Shown in pieces: positions 9,350-19,489 of a DNA stretch of 64,000 nt (the stretch's first letter is position 1; each line of letters begins with the position of its first letter). The DNA is from Spirochaetia bacterium (lineage in GTDB: Bacteria; Spirochaetota; Spirochaetia; SZUA-6; Bin103). The stretch spans positions 1,632,001 to 1,696,000 of the forward strand of contig CBDATQ010000001.1 of assembly GCA_965199955.1 (NCBI GenBank). Direction: 5' to 3'. A program made the translations under genes and the position numbers. Under the pieces are notes generated by a model. That model was given only the letters and a program-made list of their open reading frames with translations. It did not search any database and had not been told where the DNA came from.

Positions 9350-10243
9350 ATGGCAAAAGGCAAGAAGGACGACGCCGAGAAACCGAAAGCCAGCACGACC
9401 GCCATCCTGGTGGCGGCGGTCCGCGGGGCCCACCTGATCTGGAACGATCCGCCGCTCTTCTCCGACACCTACGCGCTGCAGATGGTGACGCCGTTCTGGC
9501 GGCAGGTCGCCAAGCGGCGGTGGCTCAAGTGGCTGATCGCCGACGTGGTGCTGGGGGTGCTCAAGCCCATCCACACCGAGGCGATCCTGCGCGTCCGCTT
9601 CACCGAGGAGCGGCTGCGCGAGGCGATCGCCGACGGCGTGCGCCAGTACGTGATCCTGGGCGCCGGGCTCGATTCCTTTTCTCTGCGCCAGGGCGACCTG
9701 GCCGACGGCCTGCGCATCTTCGAGGTGGACCAGCCGGCCTCGCAGGCCATGAAGCGCGAGCGCCTCGTCGCCATCAACGGCAGCGTTCCCGACAACCTGG
9801 CGCTCGTGCCCGTGAACTTCGAGACCGACCATCTGGACGAGGAGCTGCGCAAGGCCGGCTTCGACGCCGCAACGCCCACGTTCTTCTCCTGGCTGGGAGT
9901 CACCTACTACCTCACCGGGGAGGCGATCAGCGATTCGCTCGACCGCGTCTCCTCGCTCGCCCCGCCCGGCAGCCGGATCGTCTGCGACTACAAGTATCCT
10001 CACGACCTGGTCCCGGCGGAGGGCATGGAGTTCGTCCAGAAGCTGGAGAAGTTCGTGGCAGGCCGCGGGGAGCCGATGATCTCGACCTTCACGCCCGACG
10101 CGATGAACGCGGAGATGGCGCGCGTGGGCTTCCAGGAAGTGGACAGCGTCTCGCCGGACGAGGCGGACAAGCGCTACCTGCAGGGGCGCACGGACATGGA
10201 CGCTCCCGCCCCCGGGTTCGCGTTCGCGCTGTTCAAGAAATAG
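9350..10243 (+). CDS. SAM-dependent methyltransferase (LCM-like family)
   Basis: QYVILGAGLDS, FEVDQPASQ, SWLGVTYYL motifs; ATG at 9350. Confidence 0.85.
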   Translation: MAKGKKDDAEKPKASTTAILVAAVRGAHLIWNDPPLFSDTYALQMVTPFWRQVAKRRWLKWLIADVVLGVLKPIHTEAILRVRFTEERLREAIADGVRQYVILGAGLDSFSLRQGDLADGLRIFEVDQPASQAMKRERLVAINGSVPDNLALVPVNFETDHLDEELRKAGFDAATPTFFSWLGVTYYLTGEAISDSLDRVSSLAPPGSRIVCDYKYPHDLVPAEGMEFVQKLEKFVAGRGEPMISTFTPDAMNAEMARVGFQEVDSVSPDEADKRYLQGRTDMDAPAPGFAFALFKK

Positions 10244-10262
10244 CCTGCCGGCCGCAGCACGA

Positions 10263-10701
10263 ATGGACACGGTGCGGATCGGCATCGTCGGCATGGGGGT
10301 CAGGCACGCCCGCTCGCTCCTGACGGGGGAGGTGACCGGCGACAACGGCAAGGTCGTGGTCGAGGACGGCCGGCTCACGTTCTGGAAGCTCGACGTTCCC
10401 GAACCACGGTTCAGGCGCGAACATCGGACCGGGCCCGACCAACCGGGGTACACCCGCGTGGACGTGCCCGGTCGCGGGCCGGACGACCGGGCACGTCGGC
10501 ATCACGCGCAACTTCGTCGAGGCCATCACGGACGGCGCCGACCTGCTGGCTCCGGGCCAGGAGGGGATCCGCGGGCTGTCGATCTCCAACGCCATGCACC
10601 TGTCCGCGTGGCTCGACGACTGGGTGGCGGTGCCGCCGGACGAGGACCTGTTCTACGAGAAGCTGCAGGAACGAAGCGCGGGATCCCGCGCCGGCGTCTG
10701 A
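10263..10701 (+). pseudogene. Gfo/Idh/MocA oxidoreductase remnant (large internal deletion plus frameshift)
   Basis: MDTVRIGIVGMG..HARSL joined directly to EVTGDNGKVVVED; another frame then gives GHVGITRNFVEAITDG..LLAPGQEGIRGLSISNAMHLSAW..*, the typical C-terminus. Confidence 0.8.
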
Positions 10702-10722
10702 GGTGGGCCGGGCAGGGCTCGA

Positions 10723-11574
10723 TCAGGGCGAGTCCGGTCGTTCCCCCATGACGGCAGCACTGCCGGGGATGTCCGCCAGCAGTCCGTGCAGCGCCTGCGC
10801 GGCAACGGCGAACCGGTCCGCCTTGGACTGGAGCGGGCGACCCGGCGCCGGCTTCAGGTGCGGTTCCAGCGTGAGATAGCCCGCGAAGCCGTCCGCGAAC
10901 GCCTCGGACAGGATGCGCGCCACGTCGCCCGCACCCTGTCCGGCCGGGACCACGGTACCGTTCGGCAGCGCGTCCTTGACGTGGAAGTAGCCCAGGTACG
11001 GCTTGAGCTTCGCCCAGCAGTCCCGGTGTGGCCGCTGTCCGCACTGTACGAAGTTGGAGAAGTCGAATGCGCAGACCAGCGACGGCGAGTCGATCGACGT
11101 GAGCAGGTCCAGCACGCGGTCGCCGGTCTCCCCGTAGATGTTCCGTTCGTTCTCATGCGCGAGCTTGGTCGCCGTCGCAGACGCAACTTCGACCAGGCGG
11201 GCGAGCCAGTCGAGAACCTGGGTACGGTGCGCCGCCACGTCGGAGCCCTCGGGCGGATAGAAGGAGAAGACCCGGATGTAAGGGGCCTGAAGGATCTCCG
11301 CGTAGTCAAGCGCGCGGCGCAGGCCGTCGAGTTGCTCCTGGAAGTCGCCCGTGAGCGGGAACTTGCCGAGCGGCGAGCCGACTGCGGAGAAGCCGATCCC
11401 GTGGTCGGCCGCCCGCCGCTTGATATCGCGGACCTCGCCGGCGCGGAGCGCCAGCACGTTCCTGCCCCAGGCGCCGCGGAGCTCGATGTTGCCCACGTCG
11501 TTCCGTTCGAGCTCCCGGATCTGGACGTCCGGATCGTCGTCGATCTCGTCCGCGAAGGCGCTGATCAGGTTCAT
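10723..11574 (-). CDS. Sugar phosphate isomerase/epimerase (xylose isomerase-like TIM barrel)
   Basis: ISAFADEI, GSPLGK, IRVFSFY, HENE, FDFSNF, YFHVKD, LTLEPHL. Confidence 0.88.
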   Translation of the reverse strand: MNLISAFADEIDDDPDVQIRELERNDVGNIELRGAWGRNVLALRAGEVRDIKRRAADHGIGFSAVGSPLGKFPLTGDFQEQLDGLRRALDYAEILQAPYIRVFSFYPPEGSDVAAHRTQVLDWLARLVEVASATATKLAHENERNIYGETGDRVLDLLTSIDSPSLVCAFDFSNFVQCGQRPHRDCWAKLKPYLGYFHVKDALPNGTVVPAGQGAGDVARILSEAFADGFAGYLTLEPHLKPAPGRPLQSKADRFAVAAQALHGLLADIPGSAAVMGERPDSP

Positions 11575-11641
11575 GGAGGGCTGGGAGTGTGGCGGAATGG
11601 CCGTGCGAGCGGCAAGTCGCACACGCGACCGTGCCGCTCCG

Positions 11642-12826
11642 TCACGTGCCGCGTGCGCGCCGGGCAGCGCGGCGCTGCCGCAGCTCCTTCAGCAGCGAGC
11701 CCAGGGCGGCGAGCACCAGGGTCAGCCCTCCGGCGAAGATGAACAGCCCCAGCGTGCGCACCGGGCCGATCAGCAACGCCCCGGCCGCCAGCGCGGCGAC
11801 GGCGCCGGCAGTCGTCCACTCGGCAGCGCCGAGGCGGCGGATGCCCACCACGTGGACGCGCATCGCCAGGAAACAGGTCAGCCACGCGGCCAACCCACCG
11901 AACAGCATTCGCGCGCCCGTCAGTCCGGTCCTGGCGGCGCCGTCGGGCTCGACGTGGCCCAACGCCGCCAGGCTCATCTCCACGGCCGCCGCCATCACCA
12001 CCACCGCCAGCGTCATCGGCAGGTGCAGGTAGGTGATGATCTGGCCGCCGCCGACCCGCTCGCGCAACTCCGCGCGATCGAGCAACCGGAAGTAGAACCA
12101 CCAGATGCCGACCGGCAGGGCGAAGCCGACCGCGAACGCCAGCCGCGCCTCCTCGGCGTGCACGCCGCCGATCACCACGCCCAGCACCGCCTCGCCCAGG
12201 ACGATGATCGTGAACAGCCCCAGCCGTTCCGGAAGGTGGGACGGGTGCGCCGGCCAGCGACCGAGGCCGGACACGGCAAGCAGTGGCGCCAGCAGCTCCG
12301 CACCGATGGCTGCCAGGTAGAGGGGCCGCCGCCATGGCTCCGCCATGAGCTCCTGCGCTCCCCAGGCGACCGCCGACACGGCGAAGCCGATCATGAGAAA
12401 CCACGTGAAACGGCGCGCGGCGGGCACGCGGACGTGCGCTTCCAGATAGAGCAACACCAGCAGGACGCGCGCGCCGAGCTGCGTGCGGGTAAACGATGCG
12501 GCGTGCTCGTCCAGTCCGGACTGCACGTAGAGCGCGGAGCCCGCCAGGGTGAACATCAACAGCAGCGTGAGGAGCGTCTGCAGGACGCTGCCGTCGTCGA
12601 ACCGGGTGGCGTAGGTGGTGTGGCCGGCCCACACCAGGAACAGCGGCAGGTACAGCGCCGCGATCTGTCCCAGCGTGGGCAAGTCGGGATGGGCCACCAG
12701 GTGATGCGTCAGCCCGGCGATGTTGATGACGAAGATCAGGTCGAAGAACAGCTCCAGCCAGGTCGCCGAGCGGCCCTCGGCCGGCCGGCGGTCATCCCGG
12801 GCGCCGTCGCTCAGGGGTTCAGCCAT
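11642..12826 (-). CDS. ltrA: Low temperature requirement protein A family membrane protein
   Basis: ATWLELFFDLIFV, HLPERLGLFTIIVLGE, YLHLP motifs. Confidence 0.88.
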   Translation of the reverse strand: MAEPLSDGARDDRRPAEGRSATWLELFFDLIFVINIAGLTHHLVAHPDLPTLGQIAALYLPLFLVWAGHTTYATRFDDGSVLQTLLTLLLMFTLAGSALYVQSGLDEHAASFTRTQLGARVLLVLLYLEAHVRVPAARRFTWFLMIGFAVSAVAWGAQELMAEPWRRPLYLAAIGAELLAPLLAVSGLGRWPAHPSHLPERLGLFTIIVLGEAVLGVVIGGVHAEEARLAFAVGFALPVGIWWFYFRLLDRAELRERVGGGQIITYLHLPMTLAVVVMAAAVEMSLAALGHVEPDGAARTGLTGARMLFGGLAAWLTCFLAMRVHVVGIRRLGAAEWTTAGAVAALAAGALLIGPVRTLGLFIFAGGLTLVLAALGSLLKELRQRRAARRARGT

Positions 12827-12957
12827 GGGTACTACCGGAGCGGCCCGCGCCCGCGGATGTCAAGGAGCCGGCCGCAGGCGACGCGCGGTTGACCGACGGC
12901 CGCCCCACGGGACAGGGTGACCGCCTACTACCGCCGCGGTACGGGGAGTCGCGCTGG

Positions 12958-13150
12958 ATGCTGCCCGCCGCCGAACAAGCGCCTGTGAAGCCGACGTTCG
13001 CGGAGCGGCGCATGTCCCTGGCGAAGCGGTTCCGGCGCGACCGGGTCTACCTGTTCATGCTGGTCCCGGTGGTCGCCTCTTCGTCATTTCCACCACGTGC
13101 CCATGTACGGGGCGCTGATCGACTTCAAGGAGGTGGCCCCCGGAAAGGGA
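12958..13150 (+). pseudogene. 5' remnant of a carbohydrate ABC permease (LplB-like)
   Basis: RRDRVYLFMLVPVV, then frameshifted HVPMYGALIDFKEVAPGKG; truncated where it meets an opposite-strand remnant. Confidence 0.7.
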
Positions 13151-13545
13151 GGGATGTCCGGGTTGATCGAGCCGTAGTGGTCCTTGCGGTCGCCCAGCAG
13201 GTGCAGCCACTCTCCACGCCGGCCTCGGAAACCTTTGTCAGCGCTGGCCTCCCAGCCCTTGAAGCTCCATGGCGAGATGTTGCCGACCTCATCTTCGCGC
13301 CCGGCACGCGCCTCGCCGGTGAGGCCTTGCGTCTCCTCGACCGATCCGGCGACCACGTCCACCCAGCGGTCGGAGTAGCGGCCGGTCTCGAAGGTGTTGA
13401 ACTCGTCATCCGGGCTGATGCAGCGCGGCTCGAGCGGCAGCAGTTCGGCGACCGGCGGCAGCTCGCCGCGTGCCACCATCTCCGCGAACCACGGGGCCTT
13501 CCTGGTATTGCTGGCCGATGGCGGTGCCTCCGAAGATCGTCAGGA
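13150..13545 (-). pseudogene. Remnant of a family-5 ABC solute-binding protein, paralog of 28218 and 52968
   Basis: GGTAIGQQYQEG/PWFAEMVARGELPPV..LPLEP, GRYSDRW, PWSFKGWEASAD, DHYGSINPD align by eye with the two intact SBPs; frameshifts and an internal deletion. Confidence 0.8.
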
Positions 13546-13560
13546 GTCGAAGGTCTTTGA

Positions 13561-14433
13561 TCACCGGAGAGTCGCTTCCGCAACTTGTCGCGGCCGGATC
13601 GTCACCATGCGCGACTGGTTCAGGAAGCCCGGACCGGTGACGTACTGGACGGCGCCTTCGTGGATCCGATAGGCCCCTGCGACGTGGATGTGCCCGCACA
13701 GCACGGCGACCAGGTTGCGCGCGGCCAGCAGCCGGGCGATGAACTCGTCCGTGGCGGACTCCGACTGCGGGTCTCCGCACAGGGGGATGGGCTGGCCGCT
13801 CGATGGCGGCGGCGCGCAGTGCGCGGCGGTATCGCCGGGCAGACGGAACGGCATGTGGGTCAGCAGGACCACGGGCAGGCCGACCGCGAGCGCGCGGTCG
13901 AAGAAGTCGAGCTGTTCCGCGTCCACCTGGCGCGTGCTGTTGTCGATCGCGACGAAGCGCACGCCGCCCAGATCGAGCGAGCCCGCATGGGGAGCCCGGC
14001 CGCGATAGAGCGGCAGCAGCGACCGTTCGCGCCACTCCGTGCGCAGATCCTCGTCGCTTCCCGGCAGCCCGGAGTACCGCCAGTCGTGGTTGCCGGCCGT
14101 GAACATGCTGTGGCGGCCGGTGGCGAGAACCAGCCGCTCGACGGCGGCGACCGCGGTGGGCGACGGATAGTTCACGTGGTCGCCGGTCAGCGCGATCAGG
14201 TCGGGAGCCTCGGCGCGCGCCCGCTCCATCTGCGCCGCGAACGTCTGCAGCGTGGGGAAGTCGGCGAATAGCCCGTCGATCCGCGCCCCGTAGTGGACGT
14301 AGGGCTGATCGACCGCCTCGTGAGGGACGCTGATGTGGGAGTCGGTCACGTGCAGGACGCGCAGCGGCCGCTCGATGCCGGCGACTCCGATTGTCGCCGT
14401 GTCGTCGGTCCAGGAGTGGGTGCAGCGTGTCAC
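13561..14433 (-). CDS. Calcineurin-like metallophosphoesterase
   Basis: DSH, TGD, GNHD, TH, CGHIH motifs. Confidence 0.9.
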   Translation of the reverse strand: MTRCTHSWTDDTATIGVAGIERPLRVLHVTDSHISVPHEAVDQPYVHYGARIDGLFADFPTLQTFAAQMERARAEAPDLIALTGDHVNYPSPTAVAAVERLVLATGRHSMFTAGNHDWRYSGLPGSDEDLRTEWRERSLLPLYRGRAPHAGSLDLGGVRFVAIDNSTRQVDAEQLDFFDRALAVGLPVVLLTHMPFRLPGDTAAHCAPPPSSGQPIPLCGDPQSESATDEFIARLLAARNLVAVLCGHIHVAGAYRIHEGAVQYVTGPGFLNQSRMVTIRPRQVAEATLR

Positions 14434-14471
14434 GGCATCGAGCCTTGAAGACTTGTGTGAATCGGGGTCAT

Positions 14472-14486
14472 TGGCATGTTATGCCA
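14472..14486. promoter_or_regulatory. Palindrome TGGCAT-GTT-ATGCCA, candidate operator of the ParD-like antitoxin
   Basis: Perfect 6-bp inverted repeat about 20 nt upstream of the antitoxin ATG. Confidence 0.5.
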
Positions 14487-14505
14487 TACAAAGGCTCTGC
14501 GGATC

Positions 14506-14700
14506 ATGCCTACGCGCAACGTCGTGCTGACGGACCACCAAGCTAGCCTGGTAAGGCGATTGGTTGCATCCGGCCGTTACCAGAACGCCAGCAGGTCCTG
14601 CGGGAGGGCATCAGGGTTGTCGAACAACGGGAAGCCGAGCACGCGGCGCGCGTCCGCGCCCTGCGGCGAGGCCGCTGCCGCCGGCATCGCCGACATCGGG
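14506..14700 (+). pseudogene. parD: ParD-like ribbon-helix-helix antitoxin, frameshifted, toxin absent
   Basis: MPTRNVVLTDHQASLVRRLVASGRYQNAS/VLREGIRVVEQREAE../EAAAAGIADI, split over several frames. Confidence 0.8.
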
Positions 14701-14900
14701 CGGCGCCCAGCACCAGCTCGATCCCGTCGATCGAGCACATGAACTCGATCGCATCGGACAACGGGGCGTCGGAGCAGTACACGCGCACGGGTCCTGCATG
14801 CCGTGGTCGGCGGTCACGGCGACGTCGCGCCGAGTTCCTCCAGGCGCGCTATGCGCTCTATTTCTAGTGTGCGATAGAACTCGATCGCCTCGTATGGCCT
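14700..14900 (-). pseudogene. Alkaline-phosphatase-superfamily (phosphonoacetate hydrolase-like) remnant
   Basis: EAIEFYRTL..RIARLEELGA/VAVTADHGM/..VRVY...SIDGIELVL across frames; TADHGM is the metal-binding motif. Confidence 0.5.
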
Positions 14901-14927
14901 TGACATCGTGCCGCAGATCCGAGGTAG

Positions 14928-15417
14928 AGCTACTACCGAGCGGACATGTATGGCATGACGGGGTACCATCTGGAAGAGGACCTGCATCTTGGCTTCACCT
15001 GGTTGTTCGACCGGTCGGCGAGGCGGCCGAAGGAGCAGGGCGGGAACGAGGAGGGTCCGATCAATGTCCCCCACCGTGGTCGAGGTCGGTGATGAACTGT
15101 GGTTCTACTATACCGGTTTTGACGGCGGGCATGCCGCGGCAGAAGAAGCGGAACGCCCGGACGAGCAGCGGGGACGGTTGCCGAAACCTCGATCCAAGCT
15201 GCCATGCGGAGGTCCTTCGCTCAATCTGGCAACGCTCAGGCGCGACGGATTCGTGTCTCTCGATGCGATCTACCCGGAGGGATGCGCGGTCACGGATGAT
15301 GTTCGGGGAAGAGTCAGATGGAAGACCGGCGATAGCCTCGCCGCACTGGCCGGTAAGCCGGTTCGGTTCATATTCCACATGCAGAGCGCCAAGCTCTATG
15401 CCTTCAGGATCACGTAG
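14928..15417 (+). pseudogene. 3' remnant of a beta-propeller hydrolase-like protein
   Basis: ADMYGMTGY..LHLGFTWLF..GPINV / VGDELWFYYTG..LATLRRDGFVSLDA..LAGKPVRFIFHMQSAKLYAF*; internal deletions, no 5' end. Confidence 0.7.
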
Positions 15418-15461
15418 GTTCGATGTGCCGGTCATGGGCTGAGCGACAATCGGAGGAGAGT

Positions 15462-16796
15462 ATGTACGAGTTCAAGGGGACACCGGAGTCGACGCACCTG
15501 TATCAGAAGGCCGTTCAACTGGTGCCGGGCGGCACGCATCTGTACGGCAAACGAAGCGAGTTTCACGCGTCAGGCTTCTGGCCGGCCTATATCGCACGGG
15601 CGGAGGGCGGGCATTTCTGGGACGTCGATGGGAATGAATTCATCGACTACAATCTCGGCGCCGGCCCGGTGATGCTGGGTCATGCCTTCCCGCCGGTCAT
15701 CGAAGCCGTGCAGCGGCAACTGCCACTCGGGCAGCTCTATGCGGCCAGCTCTCCATTGGAGCTGGAGCTCGCGCGCCTGATCATCGAGCTGGTGCCGTGC
15801 GCGGAGATGGTGCGGTATGCCCGCGGCGGGGGCGAGGCGTGCGCCGTCGCCGTCCGTATCGCGCGCAGCTACAGCCGCAAGGACAAGGTCCTGTTCTGCG
15901 GATACCACGGCTGGCACGACTGGTACATCTCCGCCAACTTGTCGGACAGCGAAACCCTGAACGACCACCTGCGGCCGGGAATCGATCCGTTGGGTGTGCC
16001 GGCGGCGCTCGCCGGCACCGCGATCCCTTTCGAGTACAACGACGTGGATTCGTTGAAGGCGGCGCTGGACGCCAATCGCGGTGACGTGGCGTGCATCATC
16101 ATCGAGCCGGCGCGTACGTTCCAGCCGGAGAACGGCTACCTGCACAAGGTGCGGGACATCGCCGACGAATACGGCGTGGTATTGATCTTCGACGAGACCG
16201 TAACCGGGTTCCGGTACAGCCGCGGCGGCGCACAGGAGTACTTCGGCGTCACGCCGGACATGGGCGTCTTCGGCAAGGCGATGGGCAATGGGTTCCCGCT
16301 GACGTGCGTGGCAGGGACCGGCGACGTGATGATGGCCTGCAAAGATAGCTTCGTCAGCAGTTGCTTCTGGGGGGAGACCACGAGCCTGGCGGCCGGAGTC
16401 GCCGCGCTGACCTTCATTCGCGACAATCCCGTGATCGAGCACATATGGTCGATCGGGCAGGCGATCGTCGACGGCGTGGACGGAGCCGCCAGGGAGATGG
16501 GTGTACCGATCAGGTTCCCGGGCAAGCCGTGCAATGCCTACGTCCGCTTCGACATCGACGATCCGGTGTTCGCGAAGGGCATCTCGACCCTCTGGGAACA
16601 GGAGTTGCTGCGGCGCGGCATCTGCGCCGACAGTATGTTCTACATCTGCTATTCGCACACCAGGGAAGACGTAGAGCGTACGGTGGAGGCGGGGACCGAA
16701 GCGTTGCAGGTAGTGAAACGAGCGATCGATGCCGGCGACGCTGCGCCGTACCTGCGGTCGACGGAGAGCGAGGCTGGCTTCAAACGAATGGTCTGA
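15462..16796 (+). CDS. Class III PLP aminotransferase (GSA-aminomutase-like), second paralog
   Basis: GGAGGA RBS; WDVDGNEFID, GYHGWHDW, LIFDETVTGFR, FGKAMGNG. Confidence 0.9.
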   Translation: MYEFKGTPESTHLYQKAVQLVPGGTHLYGKRSEFHASGFWPAYIARAEGGHFWDVDGNEFIDYNLGAGPVMLGHAFPPVIEAVQRQLPLGQLYAASSPLELELARLIIELVPCAEMVRYARGGGEACAVAVRIARSYSRKDKVLFCGYHGWHDWYISANLSDSETLNDHLRPGIDPLGVPAALAGTAIPFEYNDVDSLKAALDANRGDVACIIIEPARTFQPENGYLHKVRDIADEYGVVLIFDETVTGFRYSRGGAQEYFGVTPDMGVFGKAMGNGFPLTCVAGTGDVMMACKDSFVSSCFWGETTSLAAGVAALTFIRDNPVIEHIWSIGQAIVDGVDGAAREMGVPIRFPGKPCNAYVRFDIDDPVFAKGISTLWEQELLRRGICADSMFYICYSHTREDVERTVEAGTEALQVVKRAIDAGDAAPYLRSTESEAGFKRMV

Positions 16797-16836
16797 GAGC
16801 GCCCGGAATCGGCTGGGACGATCGATAGGGACAACT

Positions 16837-17250
16837 ATGGTGCACATCGGATCCAGGAGGCAGTCGTTCGTCGACGACCATTGCCTGGCCGAATTGCGTG
16901 GCGTGCGCAAGCAGCTCAATCAGCCCAGGAAGCACCCGGCCAATCCTATTCTGACGTCGATCGAACCGTGGGAACGCACCTACGTGCAGCTCTACGGGAA
17001 TGTGATCTATGACGAGGACCAAGGTCTGTTCCAGATGTGGTATTCGTCTCGGTTCATGACCGATGGGGGCACGAGGAAGGTGAACTGCGTGTGCCATGCG
17101 ACCTCCAGGGACGGCATCGACTGGCAGCGTACTCCGGTGAATCGGTTGGAGCACGACGGCATGCGATTGAGCAACGCCGTGCTGGTGGGGCAGTATATCG
17201 GGCCGACGGTGTTCCACACGCCGGAGGATCCTGATCCGCAGCGGCGGCAC
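16837..17250 (+). pseudogene. 5' remnant of a beta-propeller hydrolase-like protein
   Basis: RQSFVDD, KHPANPIL..EPWE, FQMWY, CHATSRDGIDW, PEDPDPQRR; homology ends at ~17250. Confidence 0.8.
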
Positions 17251-18076
17251 CGTCGCTCTCCGCCCTGGCGATGCTCCGGTTGCAGGAGACGAACGGGTAC
17301 TTGTAGAGGCGCAGCGCCCGCGTATGCACGTACTGCGGGACCTTCAGGTAGCAGTGCAGGTAGTCCTCGGCCTCGCGGTGCATGACGAAGTCGTCCTCGC
17401 CGGGAATCCGAGCTCCTTGGGCGCCCCGTCCCCGCTTCCGTCGGCAGCTTCCATGGCGGCCGTCGCCGCGGCCGCCTCGCCTTCCGAGGCGGCAAGGTCC
17501 TGTTCACGAACCCATGACGGCGGGAAGCCGATGTCCCTGGGGTCCAGCTTCGGATAGGCCCCCAGCACGTTCGGGCGGGAAGGAGATGGTCACCCGGACT
17601 TCCACGCCTTCCTTCCAGGGGCGCTTGTGCATGAGCTTGTAGCGCCGCGCGGGGTCCGGGTCGTGGGGGTCGAGCAGGACGGACGCGCCCCCCTGGTCCA
17701 GCCCGATGCGGAGGTTGTTGTCAGCGAAGCCGCCGTAGTCGATGAGGCCGAGGCTGGGCGCCTCCCAATGCAGGCCGTCGCCGGACTCGGCATACGCCAG
17801 CGAGCTGCATGGCGGGGATTTCATGGCGACCGAGTACCACATCCGGAACACGCCGCGTTCCTGATCGTAGATGACCGTATTGACGCCGTAGCTGACGTCC
17901 TCGAATGGTGTCGCGGTCGTTAAGATGGGATTGTCCAGGGATTTGACCGGCAGCTACGGAGAGCGCCTGATCATCCAGATGTCGTCCACCAGGTGGTCGT
18001 CGATCAGGAGCTGCGGGCCGGCGTCGAGCGTCATCGGCGGAGAAGCGGTTGACAGCGTCTGAGCTTCGTAGACCAC
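17250..18076 (-). pseudogene. 5' remnant of another beta-propeller hydrolase-like protein
   Basis: AGGAGG RBS + GTG 18076; PQLLIDD, in-frame TAG at 17954, DNPIL, FRMWY, LAYAESGDGLHW, DPHDPDPARRYK, RSIARAESD; frameshifts. Confidence 0.8.
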
Positions 18077-18188
18077 GGCGCCTCCTGGAGTTGGACGACG
18101 ATACGGCGAAGGCCCGAGGCTACTCCGGGAACGGCATGAGGTCAACGCGGGGGTAGACATCGATCCCCGGAGGGAGTTCCATGGACCC

Positions 18189-19487
18189 ATGGAGACAACC
18201 GACCGGCGACGGCTCGGGGCGTACGACGCGGCCGTGCGCGACATCCGGCACGTCCGCATCTTCCACGACCCGAACCGCTACGCGGGTCATGTCAACCGCG
18301 GCGGGATCTGGAATTTCGGCGACGGCGAGCTGGCCGTCGCGCACCGGGTGAAGGCGGCCGACTACCGGAACGCCGACTGGCTTGCGGCCGGCGCGCACGA
18401 CTTCTCCCATCTGCCCGCCGGGGCCACGTCGGGCATTCTGCTCAACCGGTCACTCGACGGCGGCCGGACGTGGCCGGAGAGCGAGAAAGCGTGGATCTGG
18501 AACAACGAGCGGTCGACGGACGAGCTCCTGGAGTGGCTGCGCCCCCGCGAGCCGGATCAGCGCGAACGGATAGACCTGTCCGACGGCGATGCGATCATGC
18601 ACTTCTCACCGGCCGGCGAGCACCTCCGCTGGCCGTTGGGCGGGGCTCTGCGGCCGCAGCTTGCGCCCGACGGCAACTTCCATCTCGGCAAGAGAGCCCC
18701 GATGACCATGCCCACCATCTGCCTGCGCAGCAGCGACCGGGGACGTACGTGGGAGCGGCATCCGACGCTCATCGAGGGGCCGTCGATCTCGCCCGATACC
18801 GGCTTGCTGGTCGCCAACCTCGGCCACGTCGCGTTCGACAACCGGGTCATCGGCATCGTCGGAACGACCAACCACCGCAACATCTCCTGCTTCTACGTCA
18901 GCTATGACAACGGCATCTCGTGGGAGTACGTGAGCGTGGTGGCGCGGGGCATGGCCGGGGACCCCGACGCCGGCTACACCTACATGGGCGTCCACCGGCT
19001 GCCCGACGGACGCCTGATGACCTGCATGCACCGCATGTCCGAGAACTGGCCGTGCGTGGCCTTCTCGGCCGACGACGGCATGAGCTGGTCGGAGCCGCGC
19101 TACGTCGTGAGCCCCGCCACGCATTGGCCCCTGGACACTGGCGATCCGCCGCGGGCGCCGCTGGATCGAGGCGGTCCCCGGTATCGCTCGCCCTGCGCGC
19201 TCATTACCCGCGGCGGGCGGATCGTCATCGTGTTCGCCCGGCGATCGGTGGGCGGCCCGCGCGGCATCCTGGGCGTGGGGAGCGACGATCTGGGGGAGAC
19301 GTGGAGCCGCGAGTTCGTGCTCCGCGGCGACTCCTACACCTGGGACTGCGGCTACCCGGTCATGACCGAGCTGAACGACGGGCGGCTGTTCACGGCCTAC
19401 TACATCACCACGCACGACGGCGGCGAGCCCGTGCCCGAATACGCCGTCGTCCGGCAGGTCGACGGCACGTTTTTCAGGCTCGACTGA
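18189..19487 (+). CDS. BNR/Asp-box repeat protein (sialidase-like propeller)
   Basis: Five Asp boxes: SLDGGRTW, SSDRGRTW, SYDNGISW, SADDGMSW, SDDLGETW; terminal DCGYP..AYY. Confidence 0.85.
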   Translation: METTDRRRLGAYDAAVRDIRHVRIFHDPNRYAGHVNRGGIWNFGDGELAVAHRVKAADYRNADWLAAGAHDFSHLPAGATSGILLNRSLDGGRTWPESEKAWIWNNERSTDELLEWLRPREPDQRERIDLSDGDAIMHFSPAGEHLRWPLGGALRPQLAPDGNFHLGKRAPMTMPTICLRSSDRGRTWERHPTLIEGPSISPDTGLLVANLGHVAFDNRVIGIVGTTNHRNISCFYVSYDNGISWEYVSVVARGMAGDPDAGYTYMGVHRLPDGRLMTCMHRMSENWPCVAFSADDGMSWSEPRYVVSPATHWPLDTGDPPRAPLDRGGPRYRSPCALITRGGRIVIVFARRSVGGPRGILGVGSDDLGETWSREFVLRGDSYTWDCGYPVMTELNDGRLFTAYYITTHDGGEPVPEYAVVRQVDGTFFRLD

Positions 19488-19489
19488 CC

